Source: Prorocentrum cordatum
Lineage: Eukaryota
Reading direction: 5' to 3'
DNA length: 64,000 nt
Assembly (NCBI GenBank): GCA_963575745.1
Contig: CAUYUJ010000002.1
Location: forward strand, 1,922,001-1,986,000
Shown in pieces: positions 35,091 through 46,441 of this stretch. The notes beneath the pieces were generated by a model. The model had not been told where the DNA came from, searched no databases, and saw nothing but the letters and a program-made list of their open reading frames with translations. Made by a program: the position numbers and the translations under genes. Each line of letters starts with the position of its first letter. The first letter of the stretch is position 1.

Positions 35091-38000
35091 ATCGAGCGGC
35101 AGGCCCGGGAGGCCTCCGAGGCCGCCGGGCGCGCTGGGGCGGCCAGCGGGCGCGGGGCGCTCCCGCCCGAGCGCGGGTTGGCCGAGTCGGGCCGGGACTC
35201 GGCCATTTCCCGCGCGGGCGACGCGGCCGAGGCCGTGCGGGGGGCTGCTGGCGCGACGGCTGCCGGGCGCGCGCGCCGGGCCCGCCGGGCGCGCCGCGCG
35301 GGCCCGCGAAAACCCATGTGAAATGCCAAACGCTACGCGCGCGAAGCGTTTGGCATTTCACTAAAGTTTTCGGGGCCTCCCCGGGCAGCCCCGGAGCCAA
35401 AGCGAGGTCGCCCTGGGCCCCGCCAGGGCCGTCGAAGGGGGCGCCGACGCCGCCGCTAGGAGCGCCTCCGGAGCCGCCGGGCGCGCTGGGGCGGCCAGCT
35501 GGCGCGGGGCGCCCCCGCTCGAGCGCGGGCTGGCCGAGTTGGGCCGGGACTCGGCCAATTCCCGCGCGGGCGGCGCGCCCCTCGGCGCGGCGCGGCAGGA
35601 AACCGTCGCAAGGGCAGGCCCCAGGCGACACCCCCGCCGCCCCGTCCCTCGCCGCCGCACCCTGCCGGCACAGCGCTGTGCAGGTTAACTCCGACCTGCT
35701 TTGCCACCCCTTCCTGGACAAGCGCGAGGACCAGGCCCACGCCCTTGCGGAGCTCCACGGCAGCTGGGTCGCCCAGGTCGAGGCCGCCATCCTCCAGCAC
35801 GAGGGCTGCGACAAGGCGAACTGGGCCGCCCGCCAGGGCAGGGCGCGCGGCTTCGGCGCCACCTGGAGGCAGAGGGCGGCTAGCCCAGGCAGGGCCCACC
35901 TCCGCCATCCTGAGGCGGACGCCTGGGCCACCCACAGCGCCAACCTCACGGCCATCCTCGCGCTGGCTGCCAGCGGCAAGGACCACCGACAGATGCTGTG
36001 GCGCCTCGACTTGCACCGCAGCACCCTCGCGGACATCGGCAAGCTCTCGGCCGCCAAGCGCGCGGACCAGCTGGCGGACTACCAGCGCAGGGCCACGGTG
36101 ATCCTCGACCTGCCCCGTCAGGAGCAGGCGGCCGCCAGGCAGCTCGCCCGCGAACTCGCTGGCGACGCCGCGCGGAGGGCCCTCCAGCACGGGCGTCAAG
36201 CCCTTGCGACCTGGGCGGCCAAGGCCACGCTGGGCCAGCTCCACCGCTGGACCAAGGACGGTGACTTGGAGCGGCTCGAAGACCCCACCGACGACGGCAC
36301 CCTGGCGGACCCCGTCGAGGTCATGCTGGCCAAGTCCACCACATGGCAGTAGGTCTGGACCGCCCCCGCCGACCGCGCGAAGGCCATACCAGTAGCTCTG
36401 GCCTCGCTCCGTGTTCTCGCGGCGCAGGAGACCCTCGAGCCCATCGCGGTGGACGGCCTCAACGCAGCCACTGGCAAGCTGGGCCCCCGAAAGGCCCAGG
36501 GCGTCGACAGGCTCAGTCCGCTGGACGTCGAGCGCCTCCCCGACTGCGCCAAGGAGCAGTTCTTGGCCGTCCTCCACCAGGCTGAGGCGCACTGCATGTG
36601 GCTGCCGCAGCTCAACGGCACCCTGGGAGCGGTAGCGGGCAAGCCTGCGGGAGGTCACCGAGTTCTCGCCCTGCTCCCCATGCCAGTGCGCATCTGGGCT
36701 CGCGCGCGCAGTGGCGTCGTCGACCAGTGGACCCAGGGCCTCGAGGACCACTGGGACACGGCCATCAAGGGGTCGTCCGCCCTGCGCGCGACCCTCTACC
36801 GAGCCACTCTAGACGAGACGGCCCAGGGCATGGGCATCCACCACGCCTCGCTGTACGCCGACATCGCGAAGTTCTTCGACTCGCTGGACCTCGCTTGGCT
36901 CATCGAGCGCGCGGTCGACCTCGGCTTCTCCCCCACTGTCCTGGCCCTGGAGGTCGAGGCTTTCCTGGCGCCGCGCTACTTGAAGCGAGGGGCATGGGTC
37001 GACCCCCCGATCTTCGCCAGCCAGTCCAACGTCGCGGATCCTGCAGGCTGCCCAGGCCCAGGCCCATGTCACCACTATCTGGTCGTACATCGACGACACC
37101 GTTGGCGCGCGGAGGGCACCAAGGCCGTCGTCACAGACTCCCTCGCTGTTGCCGGCGCGGCCCTGGCCCAGCAGTGCAGCGACGGCCGCCTCGCGGTCCC
37201 CCCCAAGACCGCGCCCGTTGCGTCCTCGGCTGCCCTTCGCAAGGACATCGGCAGGCGCGTGAGGCAGCGCGGAGTCCCAGGCCACGGGGCCCACCACATG
37301 GTCGACCTCGGGGTGGACGTCGTCACGGGCAACAGGAGGTCCCAGCGCAAGGCCCATACCAGGCACAGGCGCGCGGCCCTCCGTGCCAAGCGGGTGCAGC
37401 GCCTTCGTCGCGCGGCGGCGCGGCTTGGCAAGCTCGGCGCCAGTCTCCATGCCGCTGGCGTGCAGCCGCAGGCGGTGTTCGGGCACGAGGTCTGGGGCAT
37501 CGCGCCCTCCAGACTTACCCTGCTCAGGCGCTCCGCAGCGGCGGCGGCTGCGGGAACGGGCCCTGGGCGATGCCTCGACACAGTCATGGCCCTGCTCTAC
37601 GGCGACAAGGACCCCGTCATCAAGCTGCGCACCCAGCTCGCGCACGAGTGGCTCACGCAGTGGTTCGCCAGGCCAGATTTGCACAAGCGCGTCCTGCGCA
37701 TCTGGCCCCACGTGCACCAATGGCTCCTCAGAGCCAAGACGGGGAGATGGCGCAAAGTCCATGGGCCTGTTGCGGCGGTCATCGCCACGCTCATGGACGC
37801 AGGCTGGCGGCCCTCGTCACCCCACTCCTGGTCGCGCCCCACTGCGCAGGGCGACGAGGAGCGGAGAATCCCGCTCGCTGACCACCACGGCCAGCTCCAG
37901 GTGGACTTCCACAAGTTCTCGGAGCTGCTGGACGACCTCGCCGTGGACCTCGACCGCCTCCGCCGGCAGCGGGCCAGCCAGCGCGCCCACGGCGCTGGCG

Positions 38001-40715
38001 ACGTCTCCCAGGTCAAGCGTGAGCTCGACCACTGCGCCAAGCACGGCCACTGGCAGGAGTGGGCCCTCAACTACCTCGTCGCGGTTGGGGGGCAGTGGCC
38101 ACGGCAGCGGCAGATTGCCGCAGGATGCCAGCGCGACGCAGTCTGCCAGCGATGCTTCGGCGAGGAGGAGACGCTCGAGCACCGCATTTGGCGTTGCCCC
38201 AGCCCGCCTACGACCAGACGGCCCACCTCATCCCCCAGGCACTCAGCGGCAGCGAGGAGTGCCCTGCCCTCTGGCTCAGGGGCGTTGACCCTGCCAGCCG
38301 CACCACCCCGCCGGCACCGACCTGCGACGACGAGCTCCTCGTCCACGTCGGGGCCTCATGGCCCACAGGCGGCATCCAGCCCATCACGATATTCGGCGAC
38401 GCCTCGGGGGGCAAGCACGGCGCGGGCGAGCGAAGGCGTCGGGTTGGCGTCGGACTCGCGGTCATCGAGGCCCGCGGCCCGCAATGGCAGTTGGCAGCAG
38501 GCGCGGTCGCGATTCTCCCTGGGCGGCGGCAGTCGGTCCCGCGCGGGCAGATTTTCGCCATCGCCCGCGCCCTCTAGCAGCATGGAGGCCAACATCCACT
38601 ACGTCACCGACAACATGCCGCTCCTCAACGGGTGGAACGCCCAGCGCTGGCTCAACCTCGGCAAGGGAGCCAACAGCGACCTCTGGGCCCGCATCGGCAG
38701 GTTGCTCCAGGCCCACCCGAACCGCCAGGTGGGCGTCACCTGGACTCCGTCCCACCAAGAGGATAAAAGGGGAACCGATGATCTCACATTTCCTCGCAGC
38801 GGGCAGCTGCTGCGACGACAGGCTCGCCAACCTCGGTGCCGAGGTGGCTGCAGCCTCAGCCAACCGCAGCGCGCCGCACGCGGACCGCTGGGACGTCATC
38901 GCCTCGCAGGTCAGGCGGCGGGCCCGCCGGGCCCTGCTCGACGCGGCGGGCGGCGACCCATGGCTATCGGAGAGGCCCGCGGCGGAGCAGGTGGCCCGCC
39001 CCTCTGCCCTCCAACGGGCCATTGACGACTCGCCGCGCCAGCTTGTCACCGTGGGCCAGGGCAAGTGGAAGTGCCTGCTTGGCCGGCAGCTCTTCCCCGC
39101 GGCCACGCTTCGTGGGGCGGCTGCTTCCGCCTGCGCCGCCACTGAAGCGGACTGGGCCCCGTTCGACCACGTCCGCAAAGTCCCTGCCGGCATGCAGATC
39201 GCCATGGGGGCGGGCGTGGCCCACGCCTCCCACCGCCTCTACGAGTGGCCAGCCCACAACCTCTACTTCTGCGGCGACTGCGGGGCTCACGGCGCAGCAA
39301 TGGGCATGGGGCTGCGAGGCGAGCGCAAGGGCGAGACCACCCGCAAGACGGACGAGGCCCTCAGGAGGATCGCCAAGGGCGTCCACCCGTCGCACCAGGG
39401 GCCGCCCAAGCCCGTTATCGAGGCCAACGCAATTTCCGCCACGATCGCCCACGCGGTCGGCGGCGGATTGGCCCCCGCGGGCCCCGCGATCCCCGAGGAC
39501 CTTTCCGAGGCCGGTGCCACGGAGCACCAGCTCGAGGCGGTCATCGGCGTCCCCCATGGCCAGGCGCTCCAGGCGGCCCAGCGCCCCTCCCGCAAGCAGG
39601 CTCGGAAGCCAGACGGGCCCCAGCCAACGGTCGGCGGAGGCGGCGCGCGCCCTCGGACCCCGAGGCGGGGCAAGGGGAGCCGCCGCCGCGTTGGCCACGG
39701 CGGCCACCCCGCGCGCCCCCGGCGGGCGGTCCGGGCGGGCCCCGCAGGCCCAGGAGGCTTCCGAGGCCGCCGGGCGTGCTGGGGCGGCCAGCTGGCGCGG
39801 GGCGCTCCCGCCCGAGCGCGGGCTGGCCGAGTCGGGCCGGGGCTCGGCCATTTCCCGCGGGGGCGACGCGGCCGAGGTCGCCAGGGCCGCCGAAGGGGGC
39901 GCCGACGCCGCCGACGGGAGCGCCTCCGGAGCCGCCGGGCGTGCTGGGGCGGCCAGCTGGCGCGGGGCGCCCCCGCTCGAGCGCGGGCTGGCCGAGTAGG
40001 GCTAGGACTCGACCAATTCCCGCGCGGGCGGCGCGCCCCTCGGCGCGGCAGAGGCCGAGCAGGGGGCCGCTGGCGCGGCGGCTGCTGGGGCTCCTGGGGG
40101 GCCGCCAGGGGGCACAGGCCAGCGGCGCCGCAGCCAGCCTAGCCAGACGACGCCGAACCGTGACGGCCAGACCGACGTCACCGTGCAGGCGACAGGCGGC
40201 CCCCTCGGTCCTCGCCTCTGGCTGCCTGACTACACGTCCCCGCTCTCGGGTGCGGTCACGGCGTACTGCGCGGCCAGCCACCCTGCCGAGCTGGACCCTA
40301 ACCAGACCCACCGGCAGCGCGCTGCACCGACATCACCCCGCCCGCCGCTTGGCCCCGCGGAGGCACAGCGGGAGGAAGGCCCCACGGCCTGGGGGGCAGG
40401 CGAGCGCACCCTGGCCCAGAAGATCGCTCACCTCCTGAGCGCGGTGCGAGCTGGCAGTGGCGAGGGGAGGGCGGACACGCCACGGGCGTCGCCGGAGCGG
40501 GCGAGCGCGGCGCGCGACCCGTGTGTGCCTGGCGGGGTATAGGTTAACCGCCCCGTCCCTCGACTTCTGGTGCCCTGGACCTCGTGAGCCTGCTCATGGG
40601 GGCCAGGGGCGCCGTGGAAGCTGCGCCCACTCCTCCTCCTCCTCCTCCTCCCCCTCCTCCTTCCTCCTCTCACCCCCTCCCCTCCCTCCCCTGCAGATCT
40701 TGCGGCGCCACCAGA

Positions 40716-40922
40716 CATGCAACGTCACGAAAACGCCTCCCCCGGAGCCCTGACCTCATTCTGCCGCGTCCTGCTCCGAGCTGGACCGATATGTGAGGGT
40801 CTCGGGGCTCGTGTTCGTGACACCAGTCATGCAACATCACGAAAGTGCATCCCCGGAGCCCTGACCTCATTTTGCCGCGTCATGTTCCAAGCTGGACCGA
40901 TATGTGAGGGTCTCGGGGCTCG
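40716..40922. repeat. Tandem duplication, ~112-bp period
   Basis: catgcaac.tcacgaaa...ccccggagccctgacctcatt...gctggaccgatatgtgagggtctcggggctcg twice. Confidence 0.9.
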
Positions 40923-41660
40923 AAACAGAGCGAGAACGCCTGTTGTTTGTTCCTGCGCTGCAATGGCATGGGGCAGCGTGGGATCATTGCGCGCTCGGCC
41001 GCCTCAGATTCGATTCGATTCGATATCGATGGTTTCCGATTTCGATTCGATTCGGCTTCGAAATCCGATCTGGACTCCGCTTTTGCACTGGAGGCTTACT
41101 AGCCTGCCGATTTCCGCCTGTTCGACTTCCCCTGGCTCGGCTGCCGATGTCCGCCGATGCGGTGAATTTCGATTGCCGATCCGATTCATCACTCGATTTT
41201 GGGGCTTCCTCCATCCAGCGCGGGATCACTGCGCGCCCGGTCGCCTCCTGGAGGTCCTCTTGGATCAAGCTGAAGCGTCTCGAGCGCCTTTAGGGCCGTC
41301 TTGACGCCATCTTAGGCCGTTTGGGGTCCATCTTGGACCGCCTTGCAGGCATCTCGGGGCCATTTGGGGTTCGCCTGGGGCAATCTTAGCCAGGCGCCGC
41401 AGCGTCGCCTCCTAGAGGTTCTCTTGGAGCAAGCTGGAGCCTCTCGTGGGCCGTCGTGACGCCATTTTGGGCCGTCTTGGGGCCATCTCTCGAGTCAGGG
41501 ATCGTTTTCAGAACTGACTTACCCCAGATTTGGTTCTCTTGTCGAATGTACAAACAAAGTGCGAATGGCGTTCACAGATCTACGAAGTTTGCACGCGGTT
41601 TTTGTTGTCCGTAGATTCGGCGAAGAAAGCAAAATCTGGGGTAGATCAATTCTGTATGGT

Positions 41661-41848
41661 AGGTTCGCGTCGTGTCGACTGGCGGCGACCCCGCCAGTGC
41701 TGTTCAACGTTGACGTTGAACGCCGCGGGCGACCCAGAATTATTCGATGTGGAACGATTTGAACGTTTCGAAAACGGCCGATCGTTCAAGGTTGAACGAT
41801 CCCCGCGGTGTCAGAAACCAACGCTGAAGCTGGCACGACACGAACCTG
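41661..41848. mobile_element. MITE-like palindromic element, copy 2
   Basis: AGGTTCGCGTCGTGTC...GGCACGACACGAACCTG; collinear with 27410-27592. Confidence 0.75.
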
Positions 41849-43149
41849 CCGCAGTCGACTCTCTGCTCGGATATTGGGCCGCCTCGCAGGCCTCTCGGGG
41901 GCCCTCTGGGGCTCTCCCGGGGGGCCATCTTAGACCCCCGGGCGCTGCGGTACCCAGGGGCCTCGGTGGCTCTTGGAAGCGGCAGGGCCGTTTTTCTTTC
42001 ACCGTTTCCACACCATTTGGATTTTGAGAGTGGAAATCGGGTTGGGCGAGGACGAGGATAAATCCGTTCTGGAGCGTTCTTAGGTCTTCTATGGGGCATC
42101 GGAGCTTAGCTGATGGACAAAAGGGGGCCTCGTTCCTGATCTAGGGTTCCTTATGGCACCGTTTCGACCGTTGGAGATGGCGCTCGATGAGATCAGGATG
42201 GGGCGCACCCGGCAGGCCGAGAGGGTATGATCCGCCAGGTCGCCGCGCGGCCGCGCGGGCACGGCACAGGAAAGAAAGAGCCCCCCACATTGAGGACATG
42301 GGGAGCACTTTTTGGTGGCGTCGCCAGTCGGACGGGGCTCGGACGAGGATATAAATCCGTTCCAGGACGTGCCGGAACGCTCTCATGGCACTCCGGAACG
42401 CTCTGAGACGGTCGCGGCACCCGGTACATCCTCCAGAGCCGTCGGATCTCAGAGATTCTCGATGTATCCACCCCCGAATGTATCCTCGTCCTGGTTTCGT
42501 ATTAGGAAACGGTAGAAACAATATCGCCGGAACGGAAAATGATTCAGGATTGAAGCTGGAGCCAGATCCAGAAAACAACGGCTACGGAGCCGGAAAAATT
42601 CAGACAACGCAGGAATCGGAAAACAACGGCAAAACGAAAACGGAAGCGAAAAATGCTTGTCGTTCCCAAGAGCCAGTAAGCCAGGGACCCCAGTATCCCC
42701 CAGCTCGTTCCAGAGGCGCGCCTGCGGCTGAGACCGCCCGCGCCTCACGGCTGGCCGTAGGATTCGGTCGGGGGTGTCCCTCTACAGGAGGAATGTTCAA
42801 AAATAGTCGAAACATAATCTGGGGACAATTTACGTAAAGGCTGCCGCCTCTGCCGCCGACCCCGATCGAGCGACTGGTAAGAATCGTTGGCGGTGGGAGT
42901 GACTCAGGTTAGCGGTTGGTAGATTGGGCGTGGTAGTAACTATTATCCAGGAGCAGAAGAATGGGATTGGGCATGGAATCGCGATCGACCATTCGCGTCG
43001 GAGCCATCCTCGTTACTTTGGGTCTTGAGGTGCCGCCTGTGAGGCGGTGTGGTCGGTCTCGCCTGAGACGTTCCTGCAATTGTGGTCTTGGAGATGCCGC
43101 GCGAGAGATAGTTCACCCTTTTACGCTTCGACATCCTCGCCGTGGTCCT

Positions 43150-43962
43150 GAGGGGGTCCCGGCGCGATTTTTGCTGGGTGATTGGCCCATCAGAACCTGT
43201 GCCCAGAGGCTCCAGGAGGCTGGCGGTGTCAAGACTGGAGGGGGGTCCCGGCGCGGTCTTTGCTGGGTGGGTGGCCCCTACGAAACTCTGCCGAGAGGCT
43301 CCAAGAGGCTGGCTGGCGGTGTCAGGGGTGGTGGGGGGGCCCTGCGCGTTTGTTGGTGGGTGGGTGGCACCTAAGAACCTGTGCCCAGTGGCTCCAGGGC
43401 TGGCGGTGTCAGGGGTGGTGGGAGGGTCCCGCGCCAGGATTTTGCTGGGTGGGTGGCCCGTAAGAATCTGTGCCGAGAGGCTCCAGGAGGCTGGCGGTGT
43501 CAGGGGTGGTGGGGGTGCCGGCGCGGTTTTTGCTGGGTGGGTGGCCCCGAAGAACCTGTGCCCAGAAGCTCCAGGAGGCTGGCGGTGTCATGGGTGGTGG
43601 GGGGGTCCCGGCGCAGTTTTTGCTTGATGGATGGCCCCTAACAACGAGTGCCAAGAGGGGCCAGGAGGCTGGCGGTGTCAGGAGTGGTGGGGGTGCCGGC
43701 GCGGTTTTTGCTGGGTGGGTGGCCCCGAAGAATTTATGCCCAGAGGCTCCAGGAGGCTGGCGGTGTCAGAAGTGGTGGGTGGGTGGCCCCTGCGCGGTTT
43801 TTGGAGGGTGGGTGGCCCCTCAGAACTTGTGTCCAGAGGCTCCAGGAAGCTGGCGGTGTCAATGGTGGTGGGGGGGTCTTGGCGTGGTTTTTGCTGGGTG
43901 CGTTGCTCCGAATAACCTTTGTGCCGAGGGGTCCAGGAGGCTAGCGGAGTCAGGGGTGGGGG
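43150..43962. repeat. ~88-90-bp G-rich satellite, about 9 units (2-3 further units at ~57820-58020)
   Basis: gaacctgtgcccagaggctccaggaggctggcggtgtcaggggtggtgggggg...ggcgcggtttttgctgggtgggtggcccc. Confidence 0.9.
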
Positions 43963-45106
43963 TCCTGATTCCAGATCCGCCCTACTTTGGGCCATTTCGT
44001 AAGTAGGGCCTGGAATTTCCGCCGCACTTTTCAAGCCCCGCTGATGCAAATTTCCGCCCTACTTTTCTGTTGCTGTTTCCGCCCTACTTTTGTGGTTTCC
44101 TGCCCTACTTTATGTTGGGTGCGCGACCGAACGTGCGTCATGAGAAATGCATTGGATGTGTTCCGTGCTGCGTGGCCGCAGCATGGTTCAGATATTTTTC
44201 CAGGTCGGTTCCACATTGCGGGGCCGCCATGCGGACCTTGTCACTGAAGTCTTCGGCGGCGCTCTCTATTGCGCCATGAAGCGTGTCAGCGGTGTGCCGA
44301 AATGAGGCGGGACCTCCATGCGCACCTTGCCGACGGGCCGTCGGGGCGTTCCGTGGAGCTCCGTGTCACACAACTGCGACCACCGTGCGCGCGGCAGCGG
44401 TGGTGCGCGGGGCGGGTCAAGGGCGGTCGCGCGGCAGGCCGGAAATCGGTCGCAAGGTGGGCGCAAAGAATTGACAATTATGAAGGAGCCGCTCACCATC
44501 TCGAGGCTCGCGCTGGCTTTCAAGATGGCGCCCGCATTGCCGCCGAAGCGAACAGGAGGGCTTCAACGCGGCGCCATGCGGTCCGGCTGACATGGCTCAC
44601 AATGGTCCCTCTTGCTGTTCCTCCTCCTACGCTTCTCCTCCTCCTCCTCCTCCTCCTCCTCCTGTTCCTCCTCATCTTCCGCGTCCTCCCCCTGCCCCTC
44701 CTCCATTCTCCTCCTCCATTCTCCTCCTCCTCGTCCTCCTCCTCCTCCTCCTGCTCCTCCGCCTCCTTCCCCCCTCCTCTTCCTCCTCCTCCTGCCAATC
44801 GTCCTTCTCCACCCCCCCTACACATCCGACGTCGCGGTGAGTTCAATGCGCGGCCCCTGGGGCCCCGACATATAAATTGGACAGCGTTTCATCGCGGGTC
44901 TTCGTGTGACGGCCCTCTCAGAACCCTCGAAAAGCGAAAGCGGCGACAATCTTCCGCGTTGATTTTGGGTGCATCCCGAATTTGCCCCGCGGCGATGCAA
45001 GCTCCGACTGACTGACAGACTGACAGACGAACAGATTGAACGACTGACTGACTGATTGACTGACCAACTGACTGGGCGCATCCGTTGCGCGACGGTTCTA
45101 TTCTTC

Positions 45107-46230
45107 GGCCGCCGAGGGCGCAACCATGGCGAAAGCAATAAGCGGCAGTTCCGAGGGCGCAACCTATGGCGCAACCAATAGCAGGCGTTTTTCTCCTCAG
45201 CCGCCGCCGGGGTCGCAACCCATGGCGCAACCGATATGGGACGGGTTCGTTCTCGGTCGGCGCCGAGGGCGCAACCTACGGCGCAACCGATAGGAGACTG
45301 CGTTTCTCTTGGCCGCCGAGGGCGCAATCTACAGCGCAACCAGTAGGAGACGGATATATGTTTGGCCGCCGAGTGTGCAATTTATGGTGCAACCACCACG
45401 CAACGGGTTTACTCTCGACCGCCGAGGGCGCAACCATGGCGAAGCCAATCGGAAACGGATTCATTCTTGGCCGCCGAGGGCGTAGCTTTTGGCGCAATCG
45501 ACAGCAGGCGGTTTTATTATCGGCCGCCGAGGGCACAACTTATGACGCAACCAACCGCGGACGGTTTTATTTTCGGCCGCCGGGGGCGCAACCTACGGCG
45601 CAATCGATGGGCAGCGGCCTTGCTTTCGGCCGCCGAGGGCGCAACCTATGGCGCAACCAATTGGAGACGGCTTTGTCCTCTTGCACAGGGTGACTGGGGC
45701 CCCGACCACTATATTTCGCGTCGCCCCGCCCCACCCCACCCCTCCTCTGCCCCAAGCTGCCCCCTGTCTTCGCCGCCGGGGGCGCAACCTATGCCCCCTC
45801 TCCCCAGCGGCCCCCTGTGCTCGCCCCCCGCAGCGGATCGCCCTCCCCCTTCGCCCCCGCCGCATTATTTGCGTCGGCCCCCCGCCCCGCCCGCCCCCCC
45901 TGCCGCGCCCCCAGGGCCCGCCCCCTTGTGTTTTCCCTTGTTAGTCCTCTCCCTCTCCTCTCTTTCCCCCGCGCGCAAGACCCACGGCACGCGTACCGTT
46001 TGTTCTCGGCCGCCGGGGGCGCAACCTATGGCGCAATCAGTAGGAGACGGCCTTTTTCTCGGTCGCCGAGGGCGCAACCCATGGCGAAGCCAATAAGAGA
46101 CGGGCTGATCCTCGGCTGCCGAGGGCGCAACCTATGGCGCTACCAGTAGGAATTAGTTTTATCATCGGCCGCCGAGGGCGCAACCAATCGCGTAACCAAT
46201 CGGAAACGGTTTTATTCTTAGCGGCCGATG
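45107..46230 (+). repeat. ~53-bp minisatellite, core GGCCGCCGAGGGCGCAACCTATGGCGCAACC (left arm)
   Basis: Two clusters (45107-45690, ~46005-46230) separated by a C-rich block. Confidence 0.9.
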
Positions 46231-46409
46231 GCTCAACGACAGGCGCAATCAATCGGCGACGCTTTAATTCTCGGCCGACGGGGGGGAACGCGAAAAGCAC
46301 GAGGGCGATGCAGACGACGAACGACGACGAAGACAACGACGACAACCGCGACGACGACGACGACGACGACGGCGACGGCGACAGCAGTGGCACGGCGAAC
46401 GCGTTTGCT

Positions 46410-46441
<32 letters not shown>

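Larger units (their letters stand above)
32215..40630 (+). mobile_element. Non-LTR retrotransposon 'LINE-B' (ORF1; APE-RT-Zn knuckle-RNase H), same architecture as LINE-C, decayed
   Basis: ORF1 32240-~33500; APE 33558-34240 (YSNITEW, FVEL, PWIVLGDWN, LLDY, THCG); RT 36450-37500 (AQGVD, HRVLALL, DIAKFFD, SYIDD in a shifted frame, DLGVD); CQRC..ETLEHRIWRC; IFGDASGG, QSVPRG, YVTDN, TPSH; YFCGDCG; ends at cccac-(TCC)n. Confidence 0.92.

Noticed and set aside
32319..35321. Single 1000-aa protein
   Set aside because: Frame mosaic in a GC-rich decayed LINE: off-frame start, part of ORF1, the APE domain, then off-frame repeat sequence.
41461..41475. SL relic GCCATTTTGG
   Set aside because: Part of the local gccatcttgg/ggccgtcttgg repeat, so the match is expected by chance; same for ~50975 and ~60270.
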